Assembly: GCF_009914755.1 (NCBI RefSeq) | Contig: NC_060932.1 | Reading direction: 5' to 3' (one strand) | From: the human T2T-CHM13v2.0 reference genome, Homo sapiens | DNA: 64,000 nt | Shown here: positions 49,151 to 61,463 of the stretch, piece after piece | How the letters are laid out: each line of letters starts with the position of its first letter | Position numbering within the stretch: position 1 is the stretch's first letter | Program-made: the position numbers and the translations under genes | The notes under the pieces: generated by a model | Databases searched by the model: none | Told to the model about the DNA's origin: nothing | The model's input: the letters and a program-made list of their open reading frames with translations, nothing else

Positions 49151-49555
49151 TTAGGAAAGCTTGCACCTTAAAAGATAGATGTTCAGTAACAGTAGCAAAC
49201 ATGACATGATTCACCCACACTCTTTCATACAGTTCCCACTGGGTCTAATTTTCCACTGCTGTGTAACAATTTTCCAGGATTGGGGAAAGAGATGAAAGAA
49301 ATATAATAGGGAATCATCAGACTGTACCTGTTCCATAGGAGAATTAAAATAGACAGCCCTCTTCTGCTCAAGCTGAATTACTTAAGTATCTTTGTATGTT
49401 CAGGACCTTAGAAAACACGGAGAGGGAAAGACAAAACCCTGCTGGGTTTTCTAGGTTTCAAAGGGACAAGAGGAAAAATCATTATGGCAGCTAAAAGGAA
49501 CAAAAAATCAGTTATAAGCTGCCTGTTACCATGGAGAAAGATATGCCACTTTCTA

Positions 49556-49738
49556 AGGGGGTGGTTCTCAAATTTTAGTGTGCATCAGAATCCCCTAGAG
49601 GGCTTTTTAAACCATAGACTGCTGGGTGCTACCTTTAATTTCTGATTCAGTAGGCTAAGGAGGGATCGAGAATTTGTCTATTTAATGGCTTTCCCAATGC
49701 CGCTGATGCTGCTGAGGACCACACTGAGAAATAACGAT
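49556..49738. mobile_element. MER5A hAT MITE
   Basis: gtggttctcaaattttagtgtgcatcagaatc...tttctgattcagtagg...gatgctgctgaggaccacactgagaa. Confidence 0.8.
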
Positions 49739-49935
49739 CTAAATATTTTTACATCACTGGGCTTATAGAGTGAATGCTGTTGTGTGTCTGATGAAATGTG
49801 TTTTATAAATTGTGGTAATTAGAGGGAGCAATGGGCTCTTCTCTGTTATTGATGCATGGCCAAGCAGATATTGGCAAACTTGGGCTTGCATTTCAAAAAA
49901 CATCCACAATCTTGGATTATTTTGCCTTATAATAT

Positions 49936-50357
49936 ATATTGGTTTCCTAAGGTTGCCATAACAAATTATTCAAGCTGTCTGGTTTAAAACTCAGAAATTT
50001 ATTCTCTCACAGTCTAGAGGCCAGAAGTCTGAAATCGAGGTGTCAGCAGGTTTAGTTCCTTCTGGAGACTCTGAGAGGGAATCTGTTCCAAGCCTCTCTC
50101 CTAGTTTCTGTTGTTGTGCTGGAAATCCTTGGTGTTCTGTGGCTTACAGATGCATCACTTCAATCTCTGCCTCCACCAGCACATAGCATTCTTCCTGTGT
50201 GCCTCTCTGTTTCTCTTCTTTCTATAAGTGATTAGATTTAAGGCACACCCTAATCTATTAAGACCTCATCTGAACTAATTAAGACCTTGTTTCCAAATAA
50301 AGACACATTTTGAGATTTCAAATGGACATGAATTTGAGAAGGATTCAACCCAGTACA
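49936..50357 (-). mobile_element. MLT1B/C-like MaLR LTR
   Basis: tttcctaaggttgccataacaaa...tttattctctcacagt..gaggccagaagtctgaaatc...attcaacccagtaca. Confidence 0.8.
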
Positions 50358-51059
50358 TTCTCTATCCCAGTGTCTTAACTGCATTGTCTTAAATAGTTTA
50401 AAATGGCAAAATATAGTTCTTCTTCAGTCCTCAGGATGCTAGAAGGAGCACAGAGTATGGAGTCCACAGCCCTTGGCAATGTGTAAAGCTTCATCCATCC
50501 ATATATCCTCATATATCCTTCTGCATTGTACAAGCATTGTCATTTTCTGTGCATGCCATCATGTGAAAATGACTGGAAGGCACTACAACCAACTGAACTA
50601 AATAGATAAAAATAGACTAAGATAATAATTTCATATTCCTCTTCTACTACATTCAAGTCTTATTATGCCAAAGTTCTCCTAGGGAGTAACAAATCCTGTA
50701 AAAAAGGAAATTAGTACCTTTGTACTTCCTTTGTGAAGAAAATTAAATTTTGTTGACACCAAAATTGTTGCACTGGAGTTTTATACTTCTCAACAAATTT
50801 GAATATTTATGAGTTAGTTATATTTCAAAATTTGGCAATCTTTCGAGAAATATACAATAGCTACTATGTGTCAGGCTAAAGATGCAAAGATACTAAATAA
50901 GACACAGTCTTTTCCTTTAAAGAGTTTAAGAGTCAGTGAAGGAAATGGCTCAAAAGGCAAAATTTTAAAACAATCTGTTAATACAGACATGGAGATATAC
51001 AAACAGAGTTTAAAACTATTTGGGAAAAGTGACCAAGTAAGGCTTCTTAATGGCATCCT

Positions 51060-51869
51060 TGTTAAAAATCCAGTGGTCCATTTTAAATCCTCATCTTGAC
51101 TTGGCAGCATCATTTTAAATAGATTCTGCCTCCCCAATTTAGAATCCCAGGACTCTGCTCCTCTGTGGTGCTCCTGCTTCTTCATTGCCTCCCCTTTAAT
51201 TTTTTTTTTCTAAATCTGCTTTATCTCACCAATATCTAAAGTGTGTTGGCTCTAGGGCTCAGTCTTCAAGACTTTTCTGTTTGTACTCTTTCTGAGTGTG
51301 TGAGTGTGTGTGTGTGTGATTTCCTCCAGCCTTGTGGCTTTAAACACCAACTATTTACATCTGATTCTCACAGTTATCTCTTTGCCCTGGACTTTTCCCC
51401 TGAATTCTAGATTCATATATCTACTGACATTTTCAACTCCACTTAGTTTTTAATAATAGTCATCTCAAGCTTCATCTATTCATCAACAAATTTCTGGTTT
51501 TTCCCATAAAATCTTACCTTGTCCCTTGTTCTCTCCCTCTAAGGAAATGGAAACTCTATTCTTACATTTGCTCAGACCAAAAATCTTGGTGTCATCTTTG
51601 ATTAATCTCTTTATATCACTATGTACATCCAATTTATTATTAAGTGCTGTTGATAATTACCATCAAAACGTATTCACAATCCAACTACTTTTTGCCACCT
51701 TCACACTAACACAACCTAGGCTCATCAACTCTCAGATGGTGGCAAAAACTTCCTAGCTGGTGCCCTTGCTTTTGCCATTCTTCTAATTCAGTCTGTTCTC
51801 AATGTATCACTCAGAACGATACTTTTAAAATTTAATTCAGATCATAGGACTTTCGGGGGCAAAACCCTC
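51060..51869 (+). mobile_element. L2 fragment that received the HERV-L insertion
   Basis: L2 3' motifs (ctctagggctcagtc, ccaaaaatcttggtgtcatctttga, ttcagatcat...caaaaccctc) end exactly at the LTR start. Confidence 0.65.
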
Positions 51870-52303
51870 TGTGATTGGTAATATTGAGTGTCAACTTAAT
51901 TGCATTGAAAAATGCAAAGTACTGATCCTGGGCCTGTCTGTGAGGGTGTTGCCAGAGATTAACAATTGAGTCAGTGGGCTGGGAAAGGCAGAAACACCCT
52001 TAATCTGGGTGGGCACCATCTAATCAGCTGCCAGTGCAGTCAGAATATAAAAGCAGGCAGAAAAACGTGAAAAGGACAGACTGGCTTAGCCTCCCAGCTT
52101 ACATCTTTCTCTCATGCTGGATGCTTCCTGCGCTCGAACATGAGACTTGAAGTTCTTCAGCTTTGGAACTCAGACTGGCTTCCTTGCTCCTCAGCTTGCA
52201 GACAGCCTACTGTGGGACCTTGTGATCCTATGAGTGAATACTCCTTAATAAACTCCCATATATATATCCTATTAGTTCTGTCCCTCCAGAGAACCCTAAT
52301 ACA
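51870..52303 (+). mobile_element. 5' LTR of HERV-L (MLT2A1-like)
   Basis: tgtgattggtaatattgagtgtcaac...agaaccctaataca, 434 bp, followed by the PBS-Leu-like tggtaccaggggtgg (~52309-52323). Confidence 0.92.
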
Positions 52304-52430
52304 GATTTTGGTACCAGGGGTGGTTCTAGAAGAACAGAATATTAAGGATGGAGTTCTTTCCTTGATTTTGGGGTTTCTGGAGTTGGCTACTTATTATTAC
52401 ACACAAAAACACTAAGGACTATACTTTAGT

Positions 52431-54000
52431 ATGAAAAACACTGATAGTCCTTGGCGTGAACTGTTTAGAGAGTTATGCAGAAAGAACGCATTTGACACCC
52501 CTGATTCACTGCTCTTGAGAGGCAAGGAGTTTAGTGACTCTATACATAATACCTTTGACCACGTGTGGAGAACCAAGGAACATAATGAAGCTAGTTGGTT
52601 GCTCCTAAGTTCACTGAATAAAGTGATGAAAGAAAATTATGAACTCAGGGATTCTAACTCCCAGCTTTGGAAGCAGATACTGAGCCTCAAATCTTCTAAG
52701 ATTGCCCTGAGTCAGTCTTATCTCCTGTAGAAAAAGAGCTGAAATTGTGGAAAATCAGACACAAGCTCTTATCATGCAAGGAAAGGTGCATGCACAGCCT
52801 TGCCAGGTGTCTACTGTTAAAGTGAGGGCACGGACTGGAAAAGAATGGGACCCTGCAACTTGGAATGGGGATGCGTGGGAGGACCCTGATGAAGCTGAGG
52901 ACACTGAGCTTGTAAACTCTGATGAACATTTTTTGCCAGAAGAAACAGCTTCCCCATCTCCAGTAGTGGCAAAATCCCCTCTCCAACCCACGCTGCCATA
53001 AACCTCTCCACCTTTGTCCAAGAATATAAACAATGTGCTGAGTGAGGCAACAGTGATGGCCTCCCCTAAGGCAGTTGCCAGCCAACATAATGTTGATTTT
53101 CCTCAGGAGCCACTCCCAACACCCCTGTTTGCTTCTAGACCTATAACTAGACTAAAGTCCCCATGGGCCCCTACAGGTGAGGTTTACAGTGTGACCCATG
53201 AGGAGGTGTGCTATACTCAAAAAGAACTGCTTGATTTGTAATTTATATAAGCAGAAATCTGGAGAACAGGCATGGGAATGGATATTAAGGGTGTGGGATA
53301 ATGATGGAAGGAACATAGAGTTGGATCAGGCTGCATTTATTGATCTGGGCCCACTAAGTAGGGTCTCTGCATTTAATGTTGCAACTCAGGGAGTTTAAAA
53401 AGGTTCTAATAGTTTATTTGCTTGGTTAGCTGAAATATGAATTAAAAGATGACCCACTATGAGCAAGCTGGAAATGCTTGATCTCCCTTGGTTTAATGTA
53501 CAGGAAAGGATCCAAAGGCTTAGGGAGGTTGGGATCATGGAGTGGATTACTTACTTTAGACCTAGTCATCTCAGCTGGGAGGGTCCAGAAAACATACCCT
53601 TGACCAATGCTTTGCAAAATGGATTTGTGAGGGCAGCACCTGCATCTTTGAAGAGCCCTGTAATTGCTCTTCTCTGTATGTCAGATCTAACAGTGGGAAC
53701 CACAGTCACTCGACTACACAATTTAAGTACAATGGGAATAATTGGATCCCAAGGTGGTAGGGGCCAAGTGGCAGCACTCACTCGAACATCAAAGGCAAGG
53801 TGGGTGTAGCAAGCATACTGGATAGCAGAGGCAAAGCAGCAATCAGAATACTCTGATTCATGCAAAGCTTTGGCATTGGCTAATTAATCACAGTGTTCCT
53901 AGAAGTGAAATTGATAGGAAGCCTACTACATTCCTACTTAATTTATATAAGCAAAAAAATTCCAGCTCAAGTGGAAAAAGACTAATTTGAATTATAAAAA
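52431..54000 (+). pseudogene. gag: HERV-L gag, fragmented
   Basis: ORF pieces NTDSPWRELFREL, GKEWDPATWNGD, YKQKSGEQAWEWILRVWD and LPWFNVQERIQRLREVGIMEW. Confidence 0.85.
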
Positions 54001-54179
54001 CAGAGAATTACTGTCCTCAATCAATTTCCAGACCTGAGCCAGTTTACAGGCCCAGAACCTCTTGAGTGAAGGGGAGACTGGGTCCTGTTGAGGAAGGACC
54101 CCAACACACTACCAACAATTTATGCTGTTAATCTTCCTCCCATCCTTCCCCAAGGAGACTTTTTACCAGGGTAAATGTG

Positions 54180-57075
54180 TATTGGGAAAAGGGAAATTAT
54201 CAGACATTTTGGGGACTACTGGACACTGGCTCTGAGCTGACATTGATTCCAGGGGACCCAAAACATCACTGTGGTCCTCCAGTTAAAGTAGGGGCTTATG
54301 AAGGTCAGGTAATAAATGGGCTTTTATCTCACGTCTGACTTACAGTGGGTCCACAGACTTATCCTGACATCATTTCCCAAGTGCCAGAATGCATAATTGG
54401 CATAGACCTACTTAACAGCTGGCAGAATCCCCGCTTTGGCTCCCTGACTGGTAGGGTGAGGGCTATTACGGTGGGAAAGGCCAAATGGAAGTCATTCGAG
54501 CTGCCTATACCTAGAAAAATACTAAATCAAAAACAATATCACATCCCTGGAGGGATTGCAGAGATTAGTGCCTCCATCAGGGTCTTGAAAGATACAGGGT
54601 GGTGATTTTCATCACATCCCCATTCAACTCTCCCATTTGGCCTGTGCAGAAGACAGATAGATCTTGGAGAATGACAGTGGATTATCATAAGCTTAACCAA
54701 GTGGTGACTCCAATTGCAGCTGCTGTGCCAGATGTGGTTTCATTGCTTGAGCAAATTAACACATCTCCTGATACCTGGTATGCAGCCATTTATTTGGAAA
54801 ATGCCTTTTTCTCCATTCCTGTCCATAAGGCCCACCAGAAGCAATTTGCCTTCAGCTGCCAAGGCCAGCAGTATACTTTTACTGTCCTACCTCAGGGGTT
54901 TATCAACTCTCTGGCTTTGTGTCATAGTCTCATTCAGAGACAGCTTCATCGCTTTTCGCTTCCACAAGATATCACACAGGTCCATTATATTGATGCATTA
55001 TGCTGATCGGATCCAGTGAGCAAGAATTGGATCCAGTGAGCAAACACACTGGACTTCTTGGTGAGACGTTTGCATGCCAGACAATGGGAAATAAATTTGA
55101 TGAAAATTCAGGAAACTTCTACCTCAGTAAAATTTCTGGGGGTCCAGTGGTGTGGGGCCTGTTGAGATATTCCTTCTAAGGTGAAGAATACATTGCTGCA
55201 TTTGTCCTCTCCTACAACCAAGAAAGATGCACAATGCCTAATGGGCCTATCTGAATTTTGGAGGCAATGCGTTCCTCATTTGGATGTGTTATTCTGGTCC
55301 ATTTATTGAGTGACCTGAAAGGCTGCTGGTTTTGAGTGGGTTCCAGAACAGGAGAAAGCTCTACAACAGGTCCAGGCTGCTGTGCAAGCTGCTCTGCCAC
55401 TTGGGCCATATGACCCAACAGATCCAGTGGTACTTGAGGTATCAGTGGCTTATAGGGATGCTGTTTGGAGCCTTTGGCAGGCCTCCATAGGTGAATCACA
55501 GTGGAGGCCTATAGGATTTTGGAGCAAGGCCATGTCATCTTTTGCAGATAACTACTCTCCTTTTGAGAGACAGCTCTTGGCCCATTACTGGGCTTTGGTG
55601 GAAACTGAATGTTTGACTATGGGTCGTCAAGTCACCATGCAACCTGAACTGCCTATCATAAACTGGGTGCTTTCTGACCCATCTAGCCATAAAGTGGGTC
55701 ATGCACAGCAATATTCTGTCATCAAATAGGAGTGGTATATATGTGATTGGGCTTCAGCATGTCCTGAAGGCACAAGTAAGTTACATGAGGAAGTGGCTCA
55801 AATGCCCATGGTCTCCACTTCTGCCACCCTTCCTTCTCTCCCCCAGGCTGCACCAATGGCTCCATGAGGAGTTCCATATGATCATTTGACAGAGGAAGAG
55901 AAGACTAGGGCCTGGTTCACAGATGGTTCTGCATGATATGCAGGCACCATCTGAAAGTGGACAGCCACAGCACTACACCCCCTTTCTAGAAAATCCCTGA
56001 AGAACAGTGGTGAAAGGAAATCTTTGCAGGGAGCAGAATATTGAGCAGTGCACCTGGTTGTGCACTTTGCATGGAAGGAGGAATGGCCAGATGTGTGATT
56101 ATGTACTGACTCATGGGCTGTAGCCAATGGTTTAGCTGGATGGTCAGGGACTTAAAAGAAGCATGGTTGGAAAACTGGTGACAAAGAAATTTGGGGAAGA
56201 GGTACGTGGATGGACCTCTCTGAGTGGTCAAAAACTGTGAAGATATTTGTATCCCATGTGAGTGTTCACCAACAGGTGACCTGAGCAGAGGAGAATTTTA
56301 ATAATCAAGTGGATAGGATGACCTGTTCTGTGAACACCACTCAGCCTCTTTCCCCAGCCACCCTTGTCATCACCCAATGCACCCATCAACAAAGTGGCCA
56401 GTGGCAGGGATGGAGGTTATGCATGGGCCCAGCAACGTGGACTTCCACTCACCAAGGCTGACCTGGCTAAGGCCACTGCTGAGTGTTCAATTTCACAGCA
56501 CCAGAGACCAACACTGAGCCCTAGATATGGCACCATTCCTCAGCGTGATCAGCCAGCTACCTGGTGGCAGCTTGATTATATTGGACCTCTTCCATCATGG
56601 AAAGGGAAAAGGTTTGTCCTTCCTGGAATAGATACTCAGGATATGGGTTTGCCTATCCTGCATGCAATGTTTCTGCCAAGACTACCATCCATGGACTCAC
56701 AGAATGCCATCATGGTATTCCACACAGCATTGCCTCTGACCAAGACACTCACTCACTTTACAGCTAAAGTGTGGCAGTGGGCTCATGCTCATGGAATTCA
56801 CTGATCTTACCATCTTCCCCATCATCCTGAAGGAGCTGGATTGATAGAATGGTGGAATGGCCTTTTGAAGCCACAACTACAACACCAACTAGGTGACGAT
56901 ACTTTGCAGGGCTGGGGCAAAGTTCTCCAGAAGGCAGTGTATGCTCTGAATCAGCATCCAATAAATGGTACTGTTTCTCCCATAGCCAGAATTCACAGGT
57001 CCAGAAATCAAGGGGTAGAAGTGGAAGTGGCACCACTCACCATCACCCCTAGTGATCCACTAGAAAAATTTTTTC
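54180..57075 (+). pseudogene. pol: HERV-L pro-pol, fragmented
   Basis: Protease LLDTGSE (~54216); RT SPFNSPIWPV, WRMTVDY, YTFTVLPQG with YIDD broken by a frameshift (~54986-54996); RNase H WFTDGSA (~55913); integrase WQLDYIGPLP and IEWWNGLLK. Confidence 0.92.
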
Positions 57076-57079
57076 TTCC

Positions 57080-57430
57080 AGTTCCCACGACATTATGTTC
57101 TCCTGGCCTAGAGGTCTTAGTTCCAGAGGGAGAAATGCCGCCAATGGGAAACACAACAATTTCATTAAACTGGAAGTTAAGATTGCCACCTGAACACTTT
57201 GGGCTCCTCCTACATTTAAGTCAACAGGCTAAGAAGGGAGTTATAGTGTTGGCTGGGGTAACTGACCCAGGCTATCAAGATGAAATCAGTCTACTACTCC
57301 ATAAATGAGGTAAGGAAGATTATGCATGGAATACAGGAGATCCATTAGGACATCACTTAGTATTACCATGCCCTGTGATTAAGGTCAATGGTAAACTACA
57401 ACAGCCCAATCCAGGCAGAACTACAAATGG
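57080..57430 (+). pseudogene. HERV-L dUTPase remnant
   Basis: WKLRLPPEHFGLL...KKGVIVLAGVTDPGYQDEISLLLH lies downstream of integrase, the ERV-L-specific position. Premature stop. Confidence 0.8.
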
Positions 57431-57894
57431 TCCAGACCCTTTTGGAATGAAGGTTTGGGTCACTCCACCAGGAAAAAAGCCATGACCTGCTGAGGTACTT
57501 GCTGAAGGCAAAGGTAATACAAAATGGGTAGTAGCAGAAAGCAGTCATCAATACCAGCTAGGACCATGTGACCAGTTACAGAAATGAGGATTGTAATTGT
57601 AATGAATATTTCTTCTTTCTTTTATTAAAAACGTTTGTGCATGTATACACCTGTACTAAAAAAATAGCTTCATTTTATTTTTCATCATGTGACATAAGAT
57701 TTATTGACTTCAGGTCAGAATTTAAGTATTGTTAAATTTATGTAATAGCGTTTAGGTTGGTGATTGGTGCGTTTCCAGCTGTACGAAGGATAGTTGTATT
57801 ATGTTAGGCATAATTATGACATTATTGTCTTTATTTGAAGATTATGTATGATCTCAGGAGATGTGTATGGGTTCAAGTTGACAAGGGATGGACT

Positions 57895-58292
57895 TGTGAT
57901 GATTAATACTGAGTCTCAACTTGATTGGGTTGAAGGATCCAGAGTATTTATCCTGTAAGTCTGTGAGGGCATTGCCAAAGGAGATTAATATTTGATTCAG
58001 TGGGCTAAGAAGGGCAGACCCACTCTTAAATCTGGGTGGGCACCATCCAATCAGCTGCTAGTGTAGCCAGAATATAAAAGCAGGCAGAAAAACGTGAAAA
58101 GGCTAGACAGGTTTAGCCCCCAAGCCTACATCTTTCTCCTGTGCTGGATGCTTCCTGCCCTCGAACATCGGACTCCAAGTTCTTCAGTTTTGGGACTTGG
58201 GCTGGCTTCCTTGCTCTTCAGCTTGCAGACAGCCTATTGTGGGACTTTGTGGTCCTGTGAGTTAATACTCCCTAAAAAACTCCTATAAATAT
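57895..58292 (+). mobile_element. 3' LTR of HERV-L (MLT2A1-like), lacking its terminal ~35 bp
   Basis: Homologous to 51870-52267 and breaks at the internal (TA)n. Neither the terminal ...ctaataca nor the expected TSD ccctc is present. Confidence 0.9.
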
Positions 58293-58898
58293 ATATATAT
58301 CGAGCTCATATATATATGAGCTCGATATATATTGAACTTATATATATATGAGTTCCTTCCATTACGGAGGGAATATGTGAGTTCATTTTGAACAGGTTGA
58401 GTTTGAGATAGTTGTGCAAATATATATATATGTGTATATATATATGTATATATATGTATATATATATGTGTGTATATATATACACATATATATGGAGGTA
58501 ATTCCTTAATAAAAGTAATTATTGGTATTCCTTAATAAAGGTATTTATTCCACAATAAAGGTAATTATTGGTATTCCTTAATAAAAGTAATCATTTCCTT
58601 ACTAAAGGTAATATATTTTATATATATATATATATGAGTTTATTAAGGAGGTAATTCCTTAATAAAGGTAATTACTGGAGGGAATATGTAAGTTCATTTT
58701 GAACAGGTTGAGTTTGAGGCCCTAGCCTGTATTGATCCAATACTCTCTCTCTCTGGTAATATATTTCCAAAATTTCAAATGTCTTCCATAGCTGCATTTA
58801 TAGTCCAGATAGGCCCTCAAGATTTAGGCCAAGAATAATCCACCACCTACCTGTTGGACAACACTACTTGGAATTCACACAAGTACCTCAAACTCAAC
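58293..58898. repeat. Complex low-complexity patchwork of palindromes, minirepeats and locally templated copies
   Basis: 40 bp perfect palindrome, six copies of ttccttaataaa(a/g)gta, two direct copies of 59409-59458 and one inverted copy of 59446-59604. Confidence 0.9.
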
Positions 58899-58904
58899 TA
58901 ATAG

Positions 58905-59230
58905 TGTGTATATTTATATAAAATATTATATAAAATATAATAATATTAATTTTATATTATATAAAACATAATATATATTAAATATATAATATATGAAACA
59001 TAATATATATTAAATATATAATATATAAAACATAATATATATTAAATATATAATATAAAACATATATTAAATATGTATATAAAACACAATATATATTAAA
59101 TATATATATTTATTTATATTTATTTATATATATCATATATCATATATTATAAAATATCATATATAATATATTTACTATATATTAAATATATAATATATAA
59201 TAGCTATATTATTTATATATAATAGCTATT
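58905..59230. repeat. AT-rich (TA)n-derived low-complexity tract
   Basis: Almost pure A/T with a repeating aaacataatatatattaaatatataat unit. Confidence 0.9.
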
Positions 59231-59359
59231 CATTAGCTCCCTCATTTTTATGGATGGGAAAACCGAAACTCGAAAGTGAACTATACAAGCCCAGGTGAGT
59301 GACTTCATTCAGATTCCAGGGATAACTGAGGCTCAAGCCTTTCTCAAGCTTGTAGCTTG

Positions 59360-59720
59360 AGTTGATGGTAATATCATCAATGGAACCTGAGAAGACTTAA
59401 AAAGGAGTCCATTATGGAAGGAATATGTGAGTTCATTTTTATCAGGTTGAGTCTGAAGTACTTGAGCGAATTCCAAGTGGTGATGTCCAACAGGTAGGTG
59501 GTGGGTTATTCTTGGCCTAAATCTTGAGGGCCCATCTGGGCTGTAAACACAGCTATGGAAGACATTTGAAATTCTGGAAATATATTACCAGAGAGAGAGT
59601 GTTGTGTCAGAAGAGACTTTGAGAGAGGCTAGGGCACTGGGGTATACAAGCACTTCAACTGGGGATAAAAGGGTATGAAGGAGACAGAGAGGTAATAACA
59701 GCAATGTGTGATACAACTAA
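59360..59720 (-). mobile_element. L2 fragment (source of the templated copies)
   Basis: gagttcattttt..caggttgagtctga...gatgtccaacaggtag...atctgggctg match antisense L2 motifs. Confidence 0.6.
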
Positions 59721-60685
59721 TCTCCATTATGTATTCTAAATTTGTATATTTCATGCCTACCATATGTCGGGCTCTGCACCAAGTTCTGACCATGGAGCAG
59801 TGAACATAATGGACCTAGAAGCCACAAACTCTGCCCTCATGTCTCTCACAGCCCTGTGGGAAAAAATAAACAAGCCAAATAAACATGAAGGTCTTCATAG
59901 TTGCTATGAGAGCATTGTCTGTGTGGGTGAGCAGTCTGTGGGGTCAGGGAAGACCTAGTTATATCAATGGTATGTAAGTTACAATCTTGGTAATTATAGA
60001 AATGGTTTTGGAAATTGTTTTACTCATTTTTATAAAATGTTCCTATGCATATTTCATCTATTTCTGCAATATCCTTTGAGGTAAGCAAAGGAGCCATAAA
60101 TCCCACATTAAAGATGAAGAAATTGGGACTCTAAGAGGTTAGGAAATTTATCCATGGTCATAAACTGATAGAAACTAAATCAGGAATATAGATTCTAATT
60201 ACTCTTCAATCTCATGTGCTACTAACACCATTTTTCTGCCTCCAACAGAGGACTTAGGAAGCAACAGCAGAGCTCTTTTCCCCTCTGTTGGGGCGGAAAG
60301 GCAAGGAGGGTAAACTCATCAGTCGAAAAATCTTGTGCATTGCTACCGATTCTTAGCACAAAAGCCATACATTTATAATAGAAATAAATAGTCAAGTTTC
60401 TAAGAACATTAACTTGTCCACCTAACAAGAATATAGTACTGTCGGGGTTCCAAGATGGCTGAATAGGAACAGCTCGAGTCTACAGCTCCCAGCATGAGCG
60501 ACGCAGAAGATGGGTGATTTCTGCATTTCCAACTGATGTACTGGGTTCATCTCACTGGGGCTTGCCAGACAGTGGGTGCAGGACAGTGGGTGCAGTGCAC
60601 TGAGTGTGAGCCGAAGTAAGGCAAGGCATCGCCTCACCTGGGAAGCACAAAAGGTCAGGGAATTCACTTTCATAGCCAAGCAAAG

Positions 60686-60892
60686 CTATGACAGACAGCA
60701 CCTGGAAAATCGGGTCACTTCCACCCTAATAGTGCACATTTCCAATGTTCTTAGCAAACGGCACACCAGGAGATTATATCCCGCACATGGCTCAGAGGGT
60801 CCCACGCCCATGGAGCCTCGCTCATTGCTAGCACAGCAGTCTGAGATCAAACTGCAAGGCGGCAGCAAGGGTGGGGGAGGGGCGCCTGCCAT
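60686..60892 (-). CDS. L1 antisense ORF0, open 68 aa frame (expression unknown)
   Basis: MAGAPPPPLLPPCSLISDCCASNERGSMGVGPSEP...VTRFSRCCLS* closely matches the primate L1 ORF0 peptide. Strong Kozak context gcaATGG. Confidence 0.6.
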   Translation of the reverse strand: MAGAPPPPLLPPCSLISDCCASNERGSMGVGPSEPCAGYNLLVCRLLRTLEMCTIRVEVTRFSRCCLS

Positions 60893-61463
60893 TGCTGAGG
60901 CTTCAGTAGGTAAACAAAGGGGCCAGGAAGCTCCAACTGGGTGGACCACACCCCAGTTCAAGGAGGCCTGCCTGCCTCTGTAGACTCCACCTCTGGGGGC
61001 AGGGCATAGCCAAACAAAAGGCAGCAGAAACCTCTGCAGACTTAAATGTCCCTGTCTGACAGCTTTGAAGAGAGTAGTGGTTCTCCCAGCACGGAGTTTG
61101 AGATCTGAGAACAGACAGACTGCCTCGTCAAGTGGGTCCCTGACCCACAAGTAGCCTATCTGGGAGGCCCCCAGTAGAGACAGGCTGACACCTCTCACAG
61201 CTGGGTACCCCTCTGAGATGAAACCTCCTGAGGAATGATCAGACAGCAACATTTGCTATTCAGCAATATTTGCTGTTCTGCAGGCTCCGCTGCTGATACC
61301 CAGGCAAACGGTCTGGAGTGGACCTCCAGCAAACTCCAACAGACCTGCAGCTGAGGGTCCTGACTGTTAAAAGGAAAACTAACAAACAGAAAGGACATCC
61401 ACACCAAAACCCCATCTGTACATCACCATCATCAAAGACTAAAGGTAGACAAAAACCACAAAG

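Larger units (their letters stand above)
52304..57894 (+). mobile_element. HERV-L internal region (gag-pro-RT-RNaseH-IN-dUTPase, no env), all disrupted
   Basis: Domain remnants appear in the expected order, with PPT-like gacaagggatggact before the 3' LTR. Many stops and frameshifts. Confidence 0.95.

Noticed and set aside
58497-58672. Repeated ~20-26 bp units superficially like a CRISPR array
   Set aside because: No unique spacers, irregular period, derived from the adjacent LTR motif, eukaryotic context and no cas genes.
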